Source: Octopus sinensis
Lineage: Eukaryota
DNA: 64,000 bases
Reading direction: 5' to 3'
NCBI RefSeq assembly: GCF_006345805.1
Contig: NC_043019.1
Span: 20,397,360-20,461,359 of the forward strand
Shown here: one piece after another, positions 1 to 11,922 of the stretch
Layout of the letters: each line of letters starts with the position of its first letter
Position numbering within the stretch: position 1 is the stretch's first letter
Translations under genes and position numbers: made by a program
The notes under the pieces: generated by a model
Told to the model about the DNA's origin: nothing
Databases searched by the model: none
What the model saw: only the letters and a program-made list of their open reading frames with translations

Positions 1-1371
1 GAAACTTCTGCTGACTCTTTCGCCACAACTGTCTCTCACTCTTTCCTCCTGCATCTTGCAGCTCACCTGCAACGGACCAGCGTCTTGTCCAGGTGGGGAA
101 ACTATACGCCAAGGAAACCGGGAAACCGGCCCTTATGAGCCAGGCATGGCTCAAGAAGGAACAAACAACAAAAAAACAAAAAGATGACAAATCTAACCCC
201 CTTTGCTCCTAATATAGCAGACCAAACCTGAATCCCCTGTAGTGCCCCCATCCCCACCACACAGAATATCTCCCACACATAGGTAAGAAGGCCAAAGAAA
301 GTGCTCCAAAATATGACAATGGCTATCTCACCAACACAGTTAACTACAAGAATGAAAACAAACACAAAAGTAACGATGACAAGAAAGCTGCCAAAACTTC
401 AGGAAATAGTAAAAAAGCTTATATCAGTACCACCACAAACGGTAGCAATACAAGCAAAGGATAACATAACTAATAATAACATGCTAATAATAAGGCGTGA
501 AACTACATCCGGTTGTGGCGTCATGATGCTGGAAGAACAAGGTTACCCTTAACCACAAGTACCTTCAGATCACTGTTGGACAAAGAAGGCGGCGAGCTGG
601 CAGAAACGTTAGCACGCTGGGCGAAATGCGTAGCCGTATTTCGTCTGCCGTTACGTTCTGAGTTCAAATTCCGCCAAGGTCAACTTTGCAGCCTGCAAGA
701 CCAAGATCCCCTTTGAATGGGGCTACATTAGAGACAGCAATGGCTTTATGCTTTGAGATCGCATAATATAAGAGAGGGTGGGAATGACCAAGGTGAAGTT
801 GGGAAGAGAGATAAAAACAATGGTGATAATGTTGGCATTAGGAAGGGCATCCAGCAGTAAAAACCATGCCAAAATAAACAGTGAAACCAAATATAGTCTT
901 CTGGCTTGCCAGCTCTTGCCAAACTGTCCGACTCATGCCAGCATGGAAAAATGGATGTTAAACAATGATGATGATGAGGTGTCAGTGAAGGGAAGTCATC
1001 ATCATCATCGTTTAAAGCCCGTTTTCCATGCTAGCATGGGTTGGACGGTTCAAATGGGGTCTGGGAACTCAGAAGGCTGCACCAGGCCCAATCAGATCTG
1101 GCAATGTTTCTACAGCTGAATGCCCTTCCTAACGCCAACCACTCCGTGACTGTAGTGGGTGCTTTTTACGTGCCACCTGCACAGGTGCCAGGCGAGGCTG
1201 GCAATGGCCACAATCAGATTGGTGCATTTTACGTGCCACCAGCACGGAAGCCAGTCAAGGCGGCGCTGGCATCGGCCACAATTCGGATGGTACTTTTTAC
1301 GTGCCACCGGCACTAGTCAATTAATTAAATTCACAGGTTGCCAAAATTTATTTTTTGTGTTTTTTTCTTAC

Positions 1372-1501
1372 CTTGAGCTTTTGTTGAATTTTCTCTGTAT
1401 GGATGTTGCAGTTTAACTTCTTCATCAGCTGGATGACAGCATTTTCCGTGATAACTCCACTTTTGTCCGAATCTGCCGATTCAAACATCTCCTGCAGCCA
1501 T
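1372..1501 (-). CDS. PLCL: PLCL coding exon 5, first EF-hand (WLQEMFESADSDKSGVITENAVIQLMKKLNCNIHTEKIQQKLK)
   Basis: Matches the PLC EF-hand pattern W...F..AD.D.SG. Preceded by TCCTTAAC-tgtttga-AC; donor AAG|GTAAGA (phase 0). The catalytic-domain exons must lie beyond position 1. Confidence 0.92.
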
Positions 1502-1924
1502 GTTCAAACAGTTAAGGAGAAATAAGCACAAAAAAACTAGAGCGTCACTGAATGTGGCACATCCACTAAACACAAACATTTCCATATAGATCAGTATCAG
1601 CAGAAATAAGGAATTCCAACACATACAGGGTTACCAATATTTTGAAGAAAGGAAGGAAGATTAGGGTAGTGTTGCTTAAATCAACCTAAATTTTTGCAAA
1701 CAAATACACCAAGAGGGTGGTCTGCAAAACTTAAATCTATTGTATTAATAATAGTTTCAAATTTTGGCACAAGGCCAGCAATTTCGGAGTAGAGAGTAAG
1801 TTGATTACACCAACCCCAGAGCAGAAGTAATGGGGGAGCATCATAGCCATGTGTTGAGAGGAATTCTTTGGGGTTTTAGAAAATTCACCTTTGGAAACAT
1901 GGGTGTTTTGTTCAACATCCTTAA

Positions 1925-2144
1925 CCCTTTCATTACTGTATTTATTTTGAGATGTTCTGTGTTTCTTTCAATTACTTTAAATATAACAAAGAATTTAGTA
2001 AAATAACTTAGTTATCATTAAGCTAGTGTTAGGAACATAAATTGTGACTAAGGTTTGGTGGAATATTTTAATTCAAAACTTACGAAAACAAGACATTTTG
2101 CCACAGAGCTAGAGCCGGTTTTGGCCGGGTTAGTAACAAAAGGG
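1925..2144. mobile_element. piggyBac-like MITE
   Basis: TTAA|CCCTTT...AAAGGG|TTAA, i.e. TTAA target duplication and short terminal inverted repeats; nested in another repeat. Confidence 0.7.
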
Positions 2145-3383
2145 TTAAACAACCCTTATTCAGGGACCTTTTGAGCACGATGGGCTACTCGACCTGAAGA
2201 AAATTCTAACTGGGCCCCACCTGCAAGGTCATGCACTGTTTGTCTTGATATGAGATCACCATCTTGCACACATATAGTTGTGATGCATGTGCCTGGTGTA
2301 CCCTTATCAGACTGGTAATCATGATGGGTATATTGGGCTTCGTATATTTTACCCCAGTGTCACTATGATGGTATGCACTGCTCTCTCACTCAATAATAAT
2401 AATAGTTTCTACTGAAAGATACTACTATAAAACAAACACAATTCTTCAACACCACCACCACCTCTTCTACCACTACTACCACTACATCCCTCCCTTCGCC
2501 TCTGCCACTTGCCTGTTTTATTCCAGATGATTCAGTTTCACCGTTATACCTTTTAGTGTCTCAGGTTGTCGAGTGATCAATAACAAAGAATATGAGAACG
2601 TAGGAGGAAGTAGTTCTTGGTAGCAGCAGTGAGGCTAGCAGAGAGAAACCAAAATACGGAAGAAAAAAATAGAAAAAAAAAAAACAAAAAAAAATAGAAA
2701 AAAAATAATTTAATATCAAATGATATTATCAGATAGACAGAAATTCTGTTGCAGGTGGAGAATACAAAAACCACCATCAAAAGTTAGCACTAGCATTAAA
2801 CTTCTTACAGAAACGTTTCTTATCTGTGAAGCAAGTTACTCGCCCCCCACCACACCCACCACCCCACATGATATTAACATTCTCTTGTTTGAAGGAACTA
2901 AAGTACACCAAAACATAGAATACTATGAGGATTTGGAATTAGTCCAGGATTCCAGCTAAAGATTTTAGATTTGAACTAAAAAAAATGCGTGACTGCTGAG
3001 ATTTTATTCTAGTCTTGTTTACAGGTGGTCAGTCGGTCAATCAGTCAGTTGATTGGTCAATTGGCTTGTTGGTTGGTCAGTCAATAGATTGGTTGTTTAA
3101 CGCAAGTCAGCTCAGGTAAAGAAGCAAACCAATGATCATAAAACATTCCAGCCACGACCAACCAATCCATTAATTCAGATGTGTGTATGTGTGTGTGTGC
3201 ATATGTGCATTTGTTTTCTAAAACAGTAGGAAGAGATTCCAGGGCAGTTTGTCTGCAATTTCTTACAGGTTGTCTGGCTTTACAGACTTCTTTGCTTGTC
3301 ATGCACACTACTATATTCATAAATTACCAAAGCACACCTATCAAATTTTTAAGGAACTTGATCAATTGAAGAAACATTTTTTA

Positions 3384-3751
3384 TCTCTCTATATATAAAC
3401 GGCAAAATGTCTGTCTGTGTGTGTATCCTTTATACAAATCCACAATTTTTCAGTTAGAGAGCTCGCACTTTCTATGGTCATTCAAAACCATCCAAGAGTG
3501 GTCGTGCACATCTATACATTTCCCCAGTCACCCCGCAAAGCCATTAAAAAATCAATAGAAGTGACATTTTTGTGAATTTTCTATCCAAAGCCCAATCAAA
3601 ATGCCCGAAACTTGATACGCCAATTGAATGCCAGCTAGCTGTATGTGATTGGTCAGAGATTTGGACAGTACTCGCGTGTGTGTGCGCACGCACGCAACTG
3701 TATAAGCATGCACTAGCACTATGACCCGGTGTTGCCGGGTCATAATGCTAG
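3384..3751 (+). mobile_element. Non-autonomous Helitron, family H1
   Basis: A|TC 5' end; subterminal hairpin TATGACCCGG...CCGGGTCATA; 3' CTAG|T; no target duplication. Similar copies at 10319 and 37498. Confidence 0.8.
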
Positions 3752-4155
3752 TTAATGTATAAATACTTGAAATTATTCGGTGAATAAATTAGGTTTTTAG
3801 GATATAATATATGCTGATTTTATCTTCTATCTTTTACTTGTTTCATTTATTGGTCTGCAGCCATGCTGAGTTGAGAACGTTTAGTCAAACAAATCAACTC
3901 TGGTACTTATTTTTAAAGGCTAGTAGTTATTCTAGCAGTCTCTTTTGCCTTAATGGCTAAGTTATGAAGGGGTGTAAACAAACCAACACTGCTGTCAAAC
4001 AGTGATGGAAGACAAACACATACATAAAGATACACACACAGATATATACATATATATAACGGGAAGGTTTACAAAAATAAACAAAAGACGAAGGTAGGTG
4101 AAGTACAAACAAACAAATGTATTAGTATAGCGCTCAGGAATAGAAATAGAACAAG

Positions 4156-4193
4156 TCTTTTACGTTTCGAGCCTACACTCTTCGACAGAAAGA
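4156..4193 (-). ncRNA. Minimal type-I hammerhead-like motif (variant core)
   Basis: TCTTT-CTGTCGA-A-GAGT.GTAG.GCTC-GAAAC-GTA-AAAGA. Confidence 0.55.
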
Positions 4194-4761
4194 TACACAG
4201 AAAAAAAAAAAGGAGAGAAAAAATGCGTGTATGAGCTTACGATCTATCATTCCGTCTACCATATCCACTCGCAATACTTTTGTTGGCCTAAAGTTACAGA
4301 AGACACTTGCTCATAGTTTAAAGTCTGGCAAGGTTGGCCTTGCCTTTCATCTTTTTTGGTGTCAATAAAATAAGCAGCAGGTGAGCACTGGGGATGATGT
4401 AATCATCTTACTCCTGCTCCAAAATTGCTGACCTTGTTCCAGAAATTGAAACCAATATCATCATACAACACATGTTACCCACCAACTAAGCCAAATTAAA
4501 TTCAATAACGAAAAGTCTGAAAACAAGCATAGACGCTGAGAACAAACTTATGAAAATACGACAGGAAAGGGTTAAGAATTCTTTTGAAATTTTCTTGGCA
4601 CAGGCATGGCTGTGTGGTAAGAAGTTAGCTTCCCAACCACATAGTTCCAGGTTCAGTCCCACGGTTCAGTCCCACTGCGTGAACCTTGGGCAAGTGTCTT
4701 TTTCTATAGCCTTAGGCCAAGCAAAGCCTTGCAAGTACATTTGGTAGATGGTAACTGAAAT

Positions 4762-4993
4762 AGGTGGCAAGCTGGCAGAATCATTAGCATGCCAGGTGAA
4801 ATGCATAGCCGTATTTCGTCTGCCGTTACGTTCTGAGTTCAAATTCCGCCGAGGTCGACTTTGCCTTTCATCCTTTCGGGGTCGATAAATAAAGTACCAG
4901 TTACGCACTGGGGTCGATGTAATCGACTTAATCCGTTTGTCTGTCCTTGTTTGTCCTCTCTGTGTTTAGCCCTTTGTGGGTTGTAAAGAAATA
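4762..4993 (+). mobile_element. tRNA-derived SINE family A monomer, nested in a family B SINE (about 4597-5230)
   Basis: Head GGCGGCGAGCTGGCAGAA...GAGTTCAAATTCC with Pol III boxes; target duplication GGTAACTGAAAT. Other monomers or fragments at about 587-687, 8968-9134, 11080-11311, 18913-19145, 52031-52255 (about 20-bp target duplication) and 63865-64000. Confidence 0.85.
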
Positions 4994-5262
4994 GGTAACT
5001 GAAATGTGCTCATCTTGTGTGTGTATGTGTGTGTGTGTATGTGTGTGTGTTTGTTTGTCCCCCACCATTGCTTGACAACTAGTGTCGGTGTGTTTATGTC
5101 CCCATAACTTAGTGGTTCAGCAAAAGAAACTGACAAAATAAGTACTGGGGTTGATTCATTCAGCTAAAAATTCTCCAAGATAGTGCCCCAGCATGGCCAC
5201 AGTAAAATGACTGAAACAAGGAGAAAAGGATGAACAAATAAATAAAACAATAAAAAGGATAT

Positions 5263-5302
5263 GAATCTCTCATTTGGTGAAGTTCATCAAGGGCATCAGG
5301 TG
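5263..5302 (-). CDS. PLCL: PLCL coding exon 4, 40-nt PH-to-EF-hand linker (SPDALDELHQMRDS)
   Basis: Acceptor tttatatttttag|CA; ends at TC|ATATCCTTTT (U12 donor). Phase 1 to 2 joins exons 3 and 5 in frame and gives MRDSW, comparable to vertebrate PLCL2 MRTSW. Confidence 0.88.
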
Positions 5303-6012
5303 CTAAAAATATAAATGGAAAACAAAAAAAAAACATAGAAGACATTTCGTTTTTGGATTTGGTTTGCAAGATTCTTTATATGAATTCGTGTGTTGAAGCA
5401 TGTTCTGTTGTGTCTGGGGAGAGTCATTTTTGTTTTTGTGCCTTATTATGTAACACACTCACCGGTAAAATTTCTTTCTTTTTTTTGGTTTTTAAAGTGG
5501 AAATTTTACCGGTGAGTGTGTTTATATAATAAGGCACAAAAAGAAAATGACTCTCCCCAGACACAAGAGAATAGAAGACATTTTCATGTTCAAAGACAAT
5601 GACTACAAAGAGGGAAATTTGAGATGTTAGAAGAATAACAACAGAATCAACAATAACAACAACAGCAACAATAATGTGTAACTGGCCCTCCATTGGTTAC
5701 AACAAAGAGTGTTTTAGTTGACCTGGTCAACATATCGGCCAGCTCGTGAAATTAACATGCAGGTGGCTGAGTGCTCCACAGACATGTGTATCCTTAACGT
5801 AGTTCTCAGAGAGATTCAATATGAAACAGAATGTGACAAAGCTGGCCCTTTGAAATACAGACACTGCTAATTTTTGCCAGCTTAGTCGACTGGAGCAACA
5901 TAAAATGAAGTGTCTTGCTCAAGGACACAATGCACGGTCAGGAATCAAACTCTTGACCTTACAATCATGAGCTGAATATTCCAACCACTAAACCACATGC
6001 CTCCACTCGTAA

Positions 6013-6282
6013 TCTCTCTCTATATAAAGCTGAAGTTGTCTGTGTGTGGCAGGTTTGGTAGCCTTCAACTAACACTATCTCCTCCGAGACCCTGCGGCGC
6101 AAGTTGACCAAAATTGAGAGTATGATAGAAGAAGGCTTGCTCTTCCTTCCATAGAAGAAAAAATTCAAATTGGACCATGTTAACACCAAAAATTATTTAC
6201 ATCAAAAAGGTGCTTTTTTTTCTGTGGAAATCCCTATTTTTTACGATTTTTTTTTTATTGTTGTGTCGCCATTTTTCGGTGT
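6013..6282 (+). mobile_element. Helitron family H2, 5' part only
   Basis: Near-identical to 51263-51530. Confidence 0.7.
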
Positions 6283-6299
6283 ATTGATGAAAAATGACC

Positions 6300-6650
6300 G
6301 TCTTTGGTTTCAAGATGAAAGGTGTTCTTTATTCAGGATAATTCTCAGTCACAAAAGCTGGAGCAGTTTGAATGGGAAATGATGCCCTACCCACCTCATT
6401 CACTGGACATTGCCCCATCTGATTATCATTTATTTCCCTGTCTTCAAATTCATTTGGATGGAAAAAATATGAATTCTGTAGATGAGGTCAGAACAGTATT
6501 GGAGAAGTATTTTTCGTCACAGACAAGTGAATTTTGGAAGAGGGGCCTTGCAAGTCTACCAGATAGATGGAAGAGCATTGTAGAGCATGAAGGAGAGGAT
6601 ACTTTAGATTAAAAAAGAACTTTATCTTAATTTTGAAAGATTAATGTAAT
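6300..6650 (+). pseudogene. mariner transposase C-terminal remnant
   Basis: ORF 6322..6612 contains PYPPHSLDIAPSDYHLF (YSPDLAPSD motif) and FW.RG...LP.RW. Confidence 0.85.
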
Positions 6651-6921
6651 TTAATTAAAATTTTTCTCTTTTCTTATTGCACATATAAATATCTGAAATA
6701 ATTGAAATTGATAATGCATTTTGATGAAACTATGTTTTCCCCTTATATTTATGATTTCTTACACACACAACACACACAGAGGAACTGATGCATTCATCTC
6801 TTCAGTAAGGTACCCGCTCTTGTCCCTCTAACATACTTTGATATCCCTCAATACTATAGCCAATTCAGTTGAAGAATCTTGGAAAAATAAACAAAGATAT
6901 GCCAAACAAAAAAATACTCAC

Positions 6922-7140
6922 AGCCCCTTATATTTGTGTTTGCATTCATTAAACAGGTGAGGCCAGTTACCCAGATGTTAGCTTCATCAGGGGTGGAAGC
7001 TATGAGATCCATTGTTTCAAAGTTATCTCCAAAAATAATAGAAAAAGCACATTCTTCAGGGTAAAATTCCATTATTTCTCGGTTTCGTAATGCTTCAGTA
7101 GTCATTCCAAGTCTCACTTCCTTCATACAGCTGATGGAAA
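6922..7140 (-). CDS. PLCL: PLCL coding exon 3, remainder of PH domain (ISISCMKEVRLG...CAFSIIFGDNFETMDLIASTPDEANIWVTGL...)
   Basis: Acceptor ttcttcccag|TT and donor T|GTGAGT; 219 bp, phase 1 to 1. Contains the PLC PH hallmarks KEVR.G, CAFS.I.G and DL.A....A..WV.GL. Confidence 0.95.
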
Positions 7141-7184
7141 CTGGGAAGAAAGAAGGAAACAAAAATTTTTGAGAGAGAGAAAGT

Positions 7185-7246
7185 GACAGACAGATAGATA
7201 AACAGACAAGCAGACAGATAGACAGACACGAAGACAGATGTATATG

Positions 7247-7290
<44 letters not shown>

Positions 7291-7410
7291 TAGATAAAGA
7301 GTAGACAGACAGACAGACAGATAGATAGATAAATAGATAAACAGATAGATAGATAAACAGATAGATAGATAGATAAACAGACAGACAGATAGATAGATAA
7401 ATAGACAGAC

Positions 7411-7452
<42 letters not shown>

Positions 7453-7660
7453 ACAGATAGATAGATAGACAGATAAACAGATAGATAGATAGACAGATAG
7501 ACAGATAAACAGATAAATAGATAGACAGATAGATAGATAGACAGATAGACAGATAGATAGATAGATAGACAGATAGATAGATAGACAGATAGATAGATAG
7601 ATAGACAGATTGATAGATAGAAAGATAGATAAATAGATAGATAGATAGATAGATAGATAT

Positions 7661-7697
<37 letters not shown>

Positions 7698-7758
7698 CAT
7701 AGATAGATAGATACAGAGCTAGCTCGCCAGATAGATAGATAGATAGACAGAGAGAGAG
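7185..7758. repeat. (GATA/GACA)n microsatellite filling most of PLCL intron 2
   Basis: Read directly. Similar arrays at 42445-42930 and 46527-46720. Confidence 0.95.
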
Positions 7759-7792
7759 AATAATCAGTAAGAACTTGTTAGATAGAACTTAC

Positions 7793-7942
7793 TTCTAGCC
7801 TTGTTTGGTTTCTTGGAGGTAGGCTGCCATCGTATTTCAGTCATATCTTTGTTGAGAGAGTACATGCGAAAATACTGTCGGCTGTTGGAACGCACTTTTA
7901 CCATTTCAGATCCATCTTGCATACACGCCAGACAATCTTGGG
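7793..7942 (-). CDS. PLCL: PLCL coding exon 2, start of PH domain (AQDCLACMQDGSEMVKVRSNSRQYFRMYSLNKDMTEIRWQPTSKKPNKAR)
   Basis: Acceptor ttttattctag|CC and donor A|GTAAGT; 150 bp, phase 1 to 1. Matches the PLCL PH-domain start GSE..KVRSNSR.Y.R...W.PSKK. Not present in the ORF track. Confidence 0.93.
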
Positions 7943-9813
7943 CTAGAATAAAAATAAAAGGAGAAACAAAATATTATCAAATTCAATTCATTTGAATAAT
8001 TACTTAATGAATCATAGGAGCAAGTGAATTAAAAGTTAGAAAATTTGAAGTTCATTTTGTGCATCATCATCATCATCCTCCTACTCTTCCTCCTTCATCA
8101 TCATCATCCTCCTACTCTTCCTCCTTCATCATCATCATCCTCCTACTCTTCCTCCTTCATCATCATCATCATCATCATCGTTTAGCATCCGTTTTCCATG
8201 CTAGCATGGGTTGGATGGTTCAACTGGGGTCTGGGAAGCCAGAAGGCAGCACCAGGCCCAGTCTGATTTGGCAGTGTTTCTATGGCTGGATGCCCTTCCT
8301 AACGCCAACCACTCCGTGAGTGTAGTGGGTGCTTTTTACGTGCCAGACAGGGCTGGCAACGGCCACAATCGGATGGTGCTTTTTACGTCCCTTCGGCACA
8401 GGGGCCAGATGAGGCTGGCAACAGCCACGATCGGATGGTGCTTTTTACATGCCACCGGCACGGGGGTCAGGCGAGACAGGGCAACGGCCACAATCGGATG
8501 GTGCATTTTACGTGCCACCGGCACGGAGGCCAGTCGGGGCAGTGCTGGCAATGGCCACACTTGGATGGTTCTCTTACATGCCATCGGCACTGGTATCACA
8601 GCTACAATTTCCATATCATTTAACATCTATGCTGGCATAGACTGGGTGGGTTAAAAGAACCTGATGGACCCACAGACTGCATCATGCTCCAGAGTTTGCT
8701 TTGGGTTGGTTTCTATGGCCAGATGCCCTTCTTAATGCAAACCACTTCGTAGTGTGTACTGGATGCATTTTTCATGCATTATTGAGGTTATCATGCAGCT
8801 CAAAAGATTACAAAATCCAAGAGAGATAGGGTTGGTTTCATGCTATGGGACAAGGGGCTAAAGTATGAGAGAAGGGAAAGGGTGTAGGGCAGGTTTTTGA
8901 TTGGTTATTCACATTTAGTAGGGGAGAGAAAGAATGAGCAGTAGAAGCTGGAAAGAGATAGATATTAAGTTCTGAGTTCAAATTCCACCGAGGTTGACTT
9001 TGCCTTTCATCCTTTCGGGGGTCAATAAATTAAGTACCAGTTATGCACTGGGGTCGATATAATCGACTTAATCCGTCTGTCTGTCCTTATTTGTCTCCTC
9101 TGTGTTCAGCCCCTTGTGGGTAGTAAAGAAATAGGTATTAGAGATGAGGGTTCAGGTGGGCCTTCAAGGCCCAAGTAGAAGTGTGTGGGTGGGGACTTTG
9201 CAAGATTGTATGGGGAGCAGAAGATGGGAAGGAGAGACAGCCTGCAACTATATAAAAGTTGGGTAGGGTATGAGAATTTATACCATTATCTTGCGATCGG
9301 TTTTGTATGGAATGCTAAAACTATGGAACAAAATTGTAAACATAATCTATTTTTTTAACTTTTATCTTTCACTTGTTTCAGTCATTAGACTGTGACCATG
9401 CTGGGGCACCACCTTGAAGGATTTTTAGTTGAATGAATCAACCCCAGTACTTATTCTGTCGGTCTCTTTTCCTGAACCATTTGGCGTTAGTCTGGCACGG
9501 CCATCTGGTTCGCCAGCCCTCAGTCAAAATCGTCCAACCTATGCTAGTATGGAAAGCGAACATTAAACGATGAAGATGGTGATGATGAAGTTATGGGGCG
9601 GTAAGCACACCAACACCAGTTGTCAAGCAGCAATAAGGGAGACAAACGCACACAAAGACATATATATATGTATATATATATAACGGCCTCGAACACACAA
9701 GTGCAAACAAGGGAGACAGAGAAAGGCAGAATGCCACTTATATTTGAACACTATATAAATATTCCTTTAAAAAAACTTTTCTTTTAATTTTTTAAAATTT
9801 AATTATTTAATCG

Positions 9814-9857
9814 TTACAGTTGAAAAGGTCTCAAAATGACCGAAACCAGTACTGAAA
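9814..9857 (+). ncRNA. Minimal type-I hammerhead-like motif (U3-A8 variant)
   Basis: TTACAG-TTGAAAA-GGTC.TCAAAAT.GACC-GAAAC-CA-GTA-CTGAAA. Confidence 0.5.
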
Positions 9858-9906
9858 TGTTCTTTATAAAATTATTTTAGCATTTTCTATTTTGACTTGT
9901 TTTTTC

Positions 9907-9988
<82 letters not shown>

Positions 9989-10318
9989 AGGCTACTTTCA
10001 GTTTCTATCTATCAAATCCACTCACAAGGCTTTGGCTGGCTTGGGACTACAGTAGAAAAGCACGGGTGCCATGCAGTGGGAGTGACCCTGAAACCATGTG
10101 ATTAAGAAGCAAACTTCTTACCCCACAGTCACATCTGTGCCTAGATACATAATCAATTACACAGATGACATGATTTGTGAGACAATCAACAAAAATTATG
10201 GAAGAAGTTGAAAACATAATCTATGTACAGCATTAATAGCATTTGTAAGAAAATTGACAGAAAAACTATGGAAGGAAATTAAAGACATACTGTGTTACAT
10301 ATCAATATTTATATTATA

Positions 10319-10686
10319 TCTCTCTATATATAAACTGCAAAATATTTGTCTGTGTGTGTGTCCTTTATACAAATCCACAATTTTTCAGTTAGAGGGCTCG
10401 CACTTTCTATGGCCATTCAAAACCGTCCAAGGGTGGTCGTGCACATCTTTACATTTCCCCAGTCACCACACAAAGCCATTAAAAAATCAATAGAAGTGAC
10501 TTTTTTGTGAATTTTCTATCCAAAACCCAATTAAAATGCCCGAAACTTGATACGCCAATTGAATGCCAGCTAGCTGTATGTGATTGGTCGGAGATTTGGA
10601 CAGTACTCGCGTGTATGTGTGCATGCACACAGCTGTATATGCATGCACTAGCACTATGACCCGGCAACGCCAGGTCATAGTGCTAG
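10319..10686 (+). mobile_element. Non-autonomous Helitron, family H1
   Basis: Colinear with 3384-3751; TC start, hairpin, CTAG|T end. Confidence 0.8.
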
Positions 10687-11307
10687 TTAAATATAATTTC
10701 AAAAGAAATTATGTATTTAAGGTTCCCTATAAATCTACAATAATCCTGTAATATCCAAGATAACAGTAGAAATTCCATAGGGTTTTGCTAGTATATAAGA
10801 TTATTCTTGCACAAGAAAATTGGTCAAGCAAAAGATTAGAATTTTGAGCTAAATGTGTGTCCATCCAGTTTGGGCACAGCCAAAACTCTACAACCGCCTG
10901 CAACACACACACACATATATATATGCACAGAGGTTTACATTCACAAGCACAGATATAGAGGTAGCTCTCTCTTTGTTTCTGTCTGCTCCTCTCTCTCTAT
11001 CTCTCACATGTATATATATATATATATATAAATCATCATTTGCATGTGTGTATATACATATATATATATATATATATTAAGGCGGTGAGCTGGCAGAAAC
11101 ATTAGCACGCTGGGCGAAATGCGTAGCCGTATTTCGTCTGTCGTTACGTTCCGAGTTCAAATTCCGCCGAGGTCGACTTTGCCTTTCCTCTTTTTGGGGG
11201 TCAATAAATTAAATACCAGTTACGCACTGGAGTCAATATAATCGACTTAATCCCTTTGTCTATCCTTGTTTGTCCCCTCTGTGTTTAGCCCCTTGTGGGT
11301 AGTAAAG

Positions 11308-11343
<36 letters not shown>

Positions 11344-11922
11344 GTGTATATATATATAAATGTGTATATGTATGTATGTATATATATACATACACACGCA
11401 CATACATATGTGTATGTGTGTGAATTTGTGAATGAGAGGAGCCTTCCCTCAACAGGAAACCAGTTGACATGTGCCATCCTTTCCAGTAAAGATAACAACC
11501 TAATGCCAGCAACAGGGTAGGGCTTTCACACTGATACACACACTAGACAATTGTTTATGCCAATATTTTTTTTTTTTTACAATACACAACAGTCTGCCAT
11601 TGCTAACTTTTTTCAATCGGGGAGTTTTCTCACAATAAAGTGCCATATTTCTTTCTAACAGTATTCCGATTGATATATTTCACCATTAGTTTATATGTTA
11701 TCTAACAAGAGAGGAAGAGAGAGAGAGGGAGAGAGAGAGAGAGAGAAAGAGGAGAGAGAGATTGGACAGACGTTCAGATTTCTTAAGGTTAAATTTAGAG
11801 AAAATAAAACCCCACTACCACCTCCACAACTACCTCTATTACCACCACCATGGCAGAATCTTTTCTATTCCATGCCATCACTTTGTATGTCTTTAGGAGC
11901 TTGTCTTAGACTGACGATTTAT

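Larger units (their letters stand above)
1502..5262 (-). other. U12-type (minor spliceosome) AT-AC intron, 3761 bp
   Basis: 5' splice site ATATCCTTT (5262-5254), branch box TCCTTAAC (1518-1511), terminal AC (1503-1502). Splicing restores codon TC|A (Ser) and the reading frame. Confidence 0.92.

Noticed and set aside
6322-6612. SETMAR-like domesticated gene
   Set aside because: Only a C-terminal fragment is present, fused to a Helitron scrap and antisense within an intron; it is best read as a dead mariner.
7095-7700. 201-aa SIYL-repeat ORF (also 42407-43109)
   Set aside because: Translation of a (GATA)n microsatellite.
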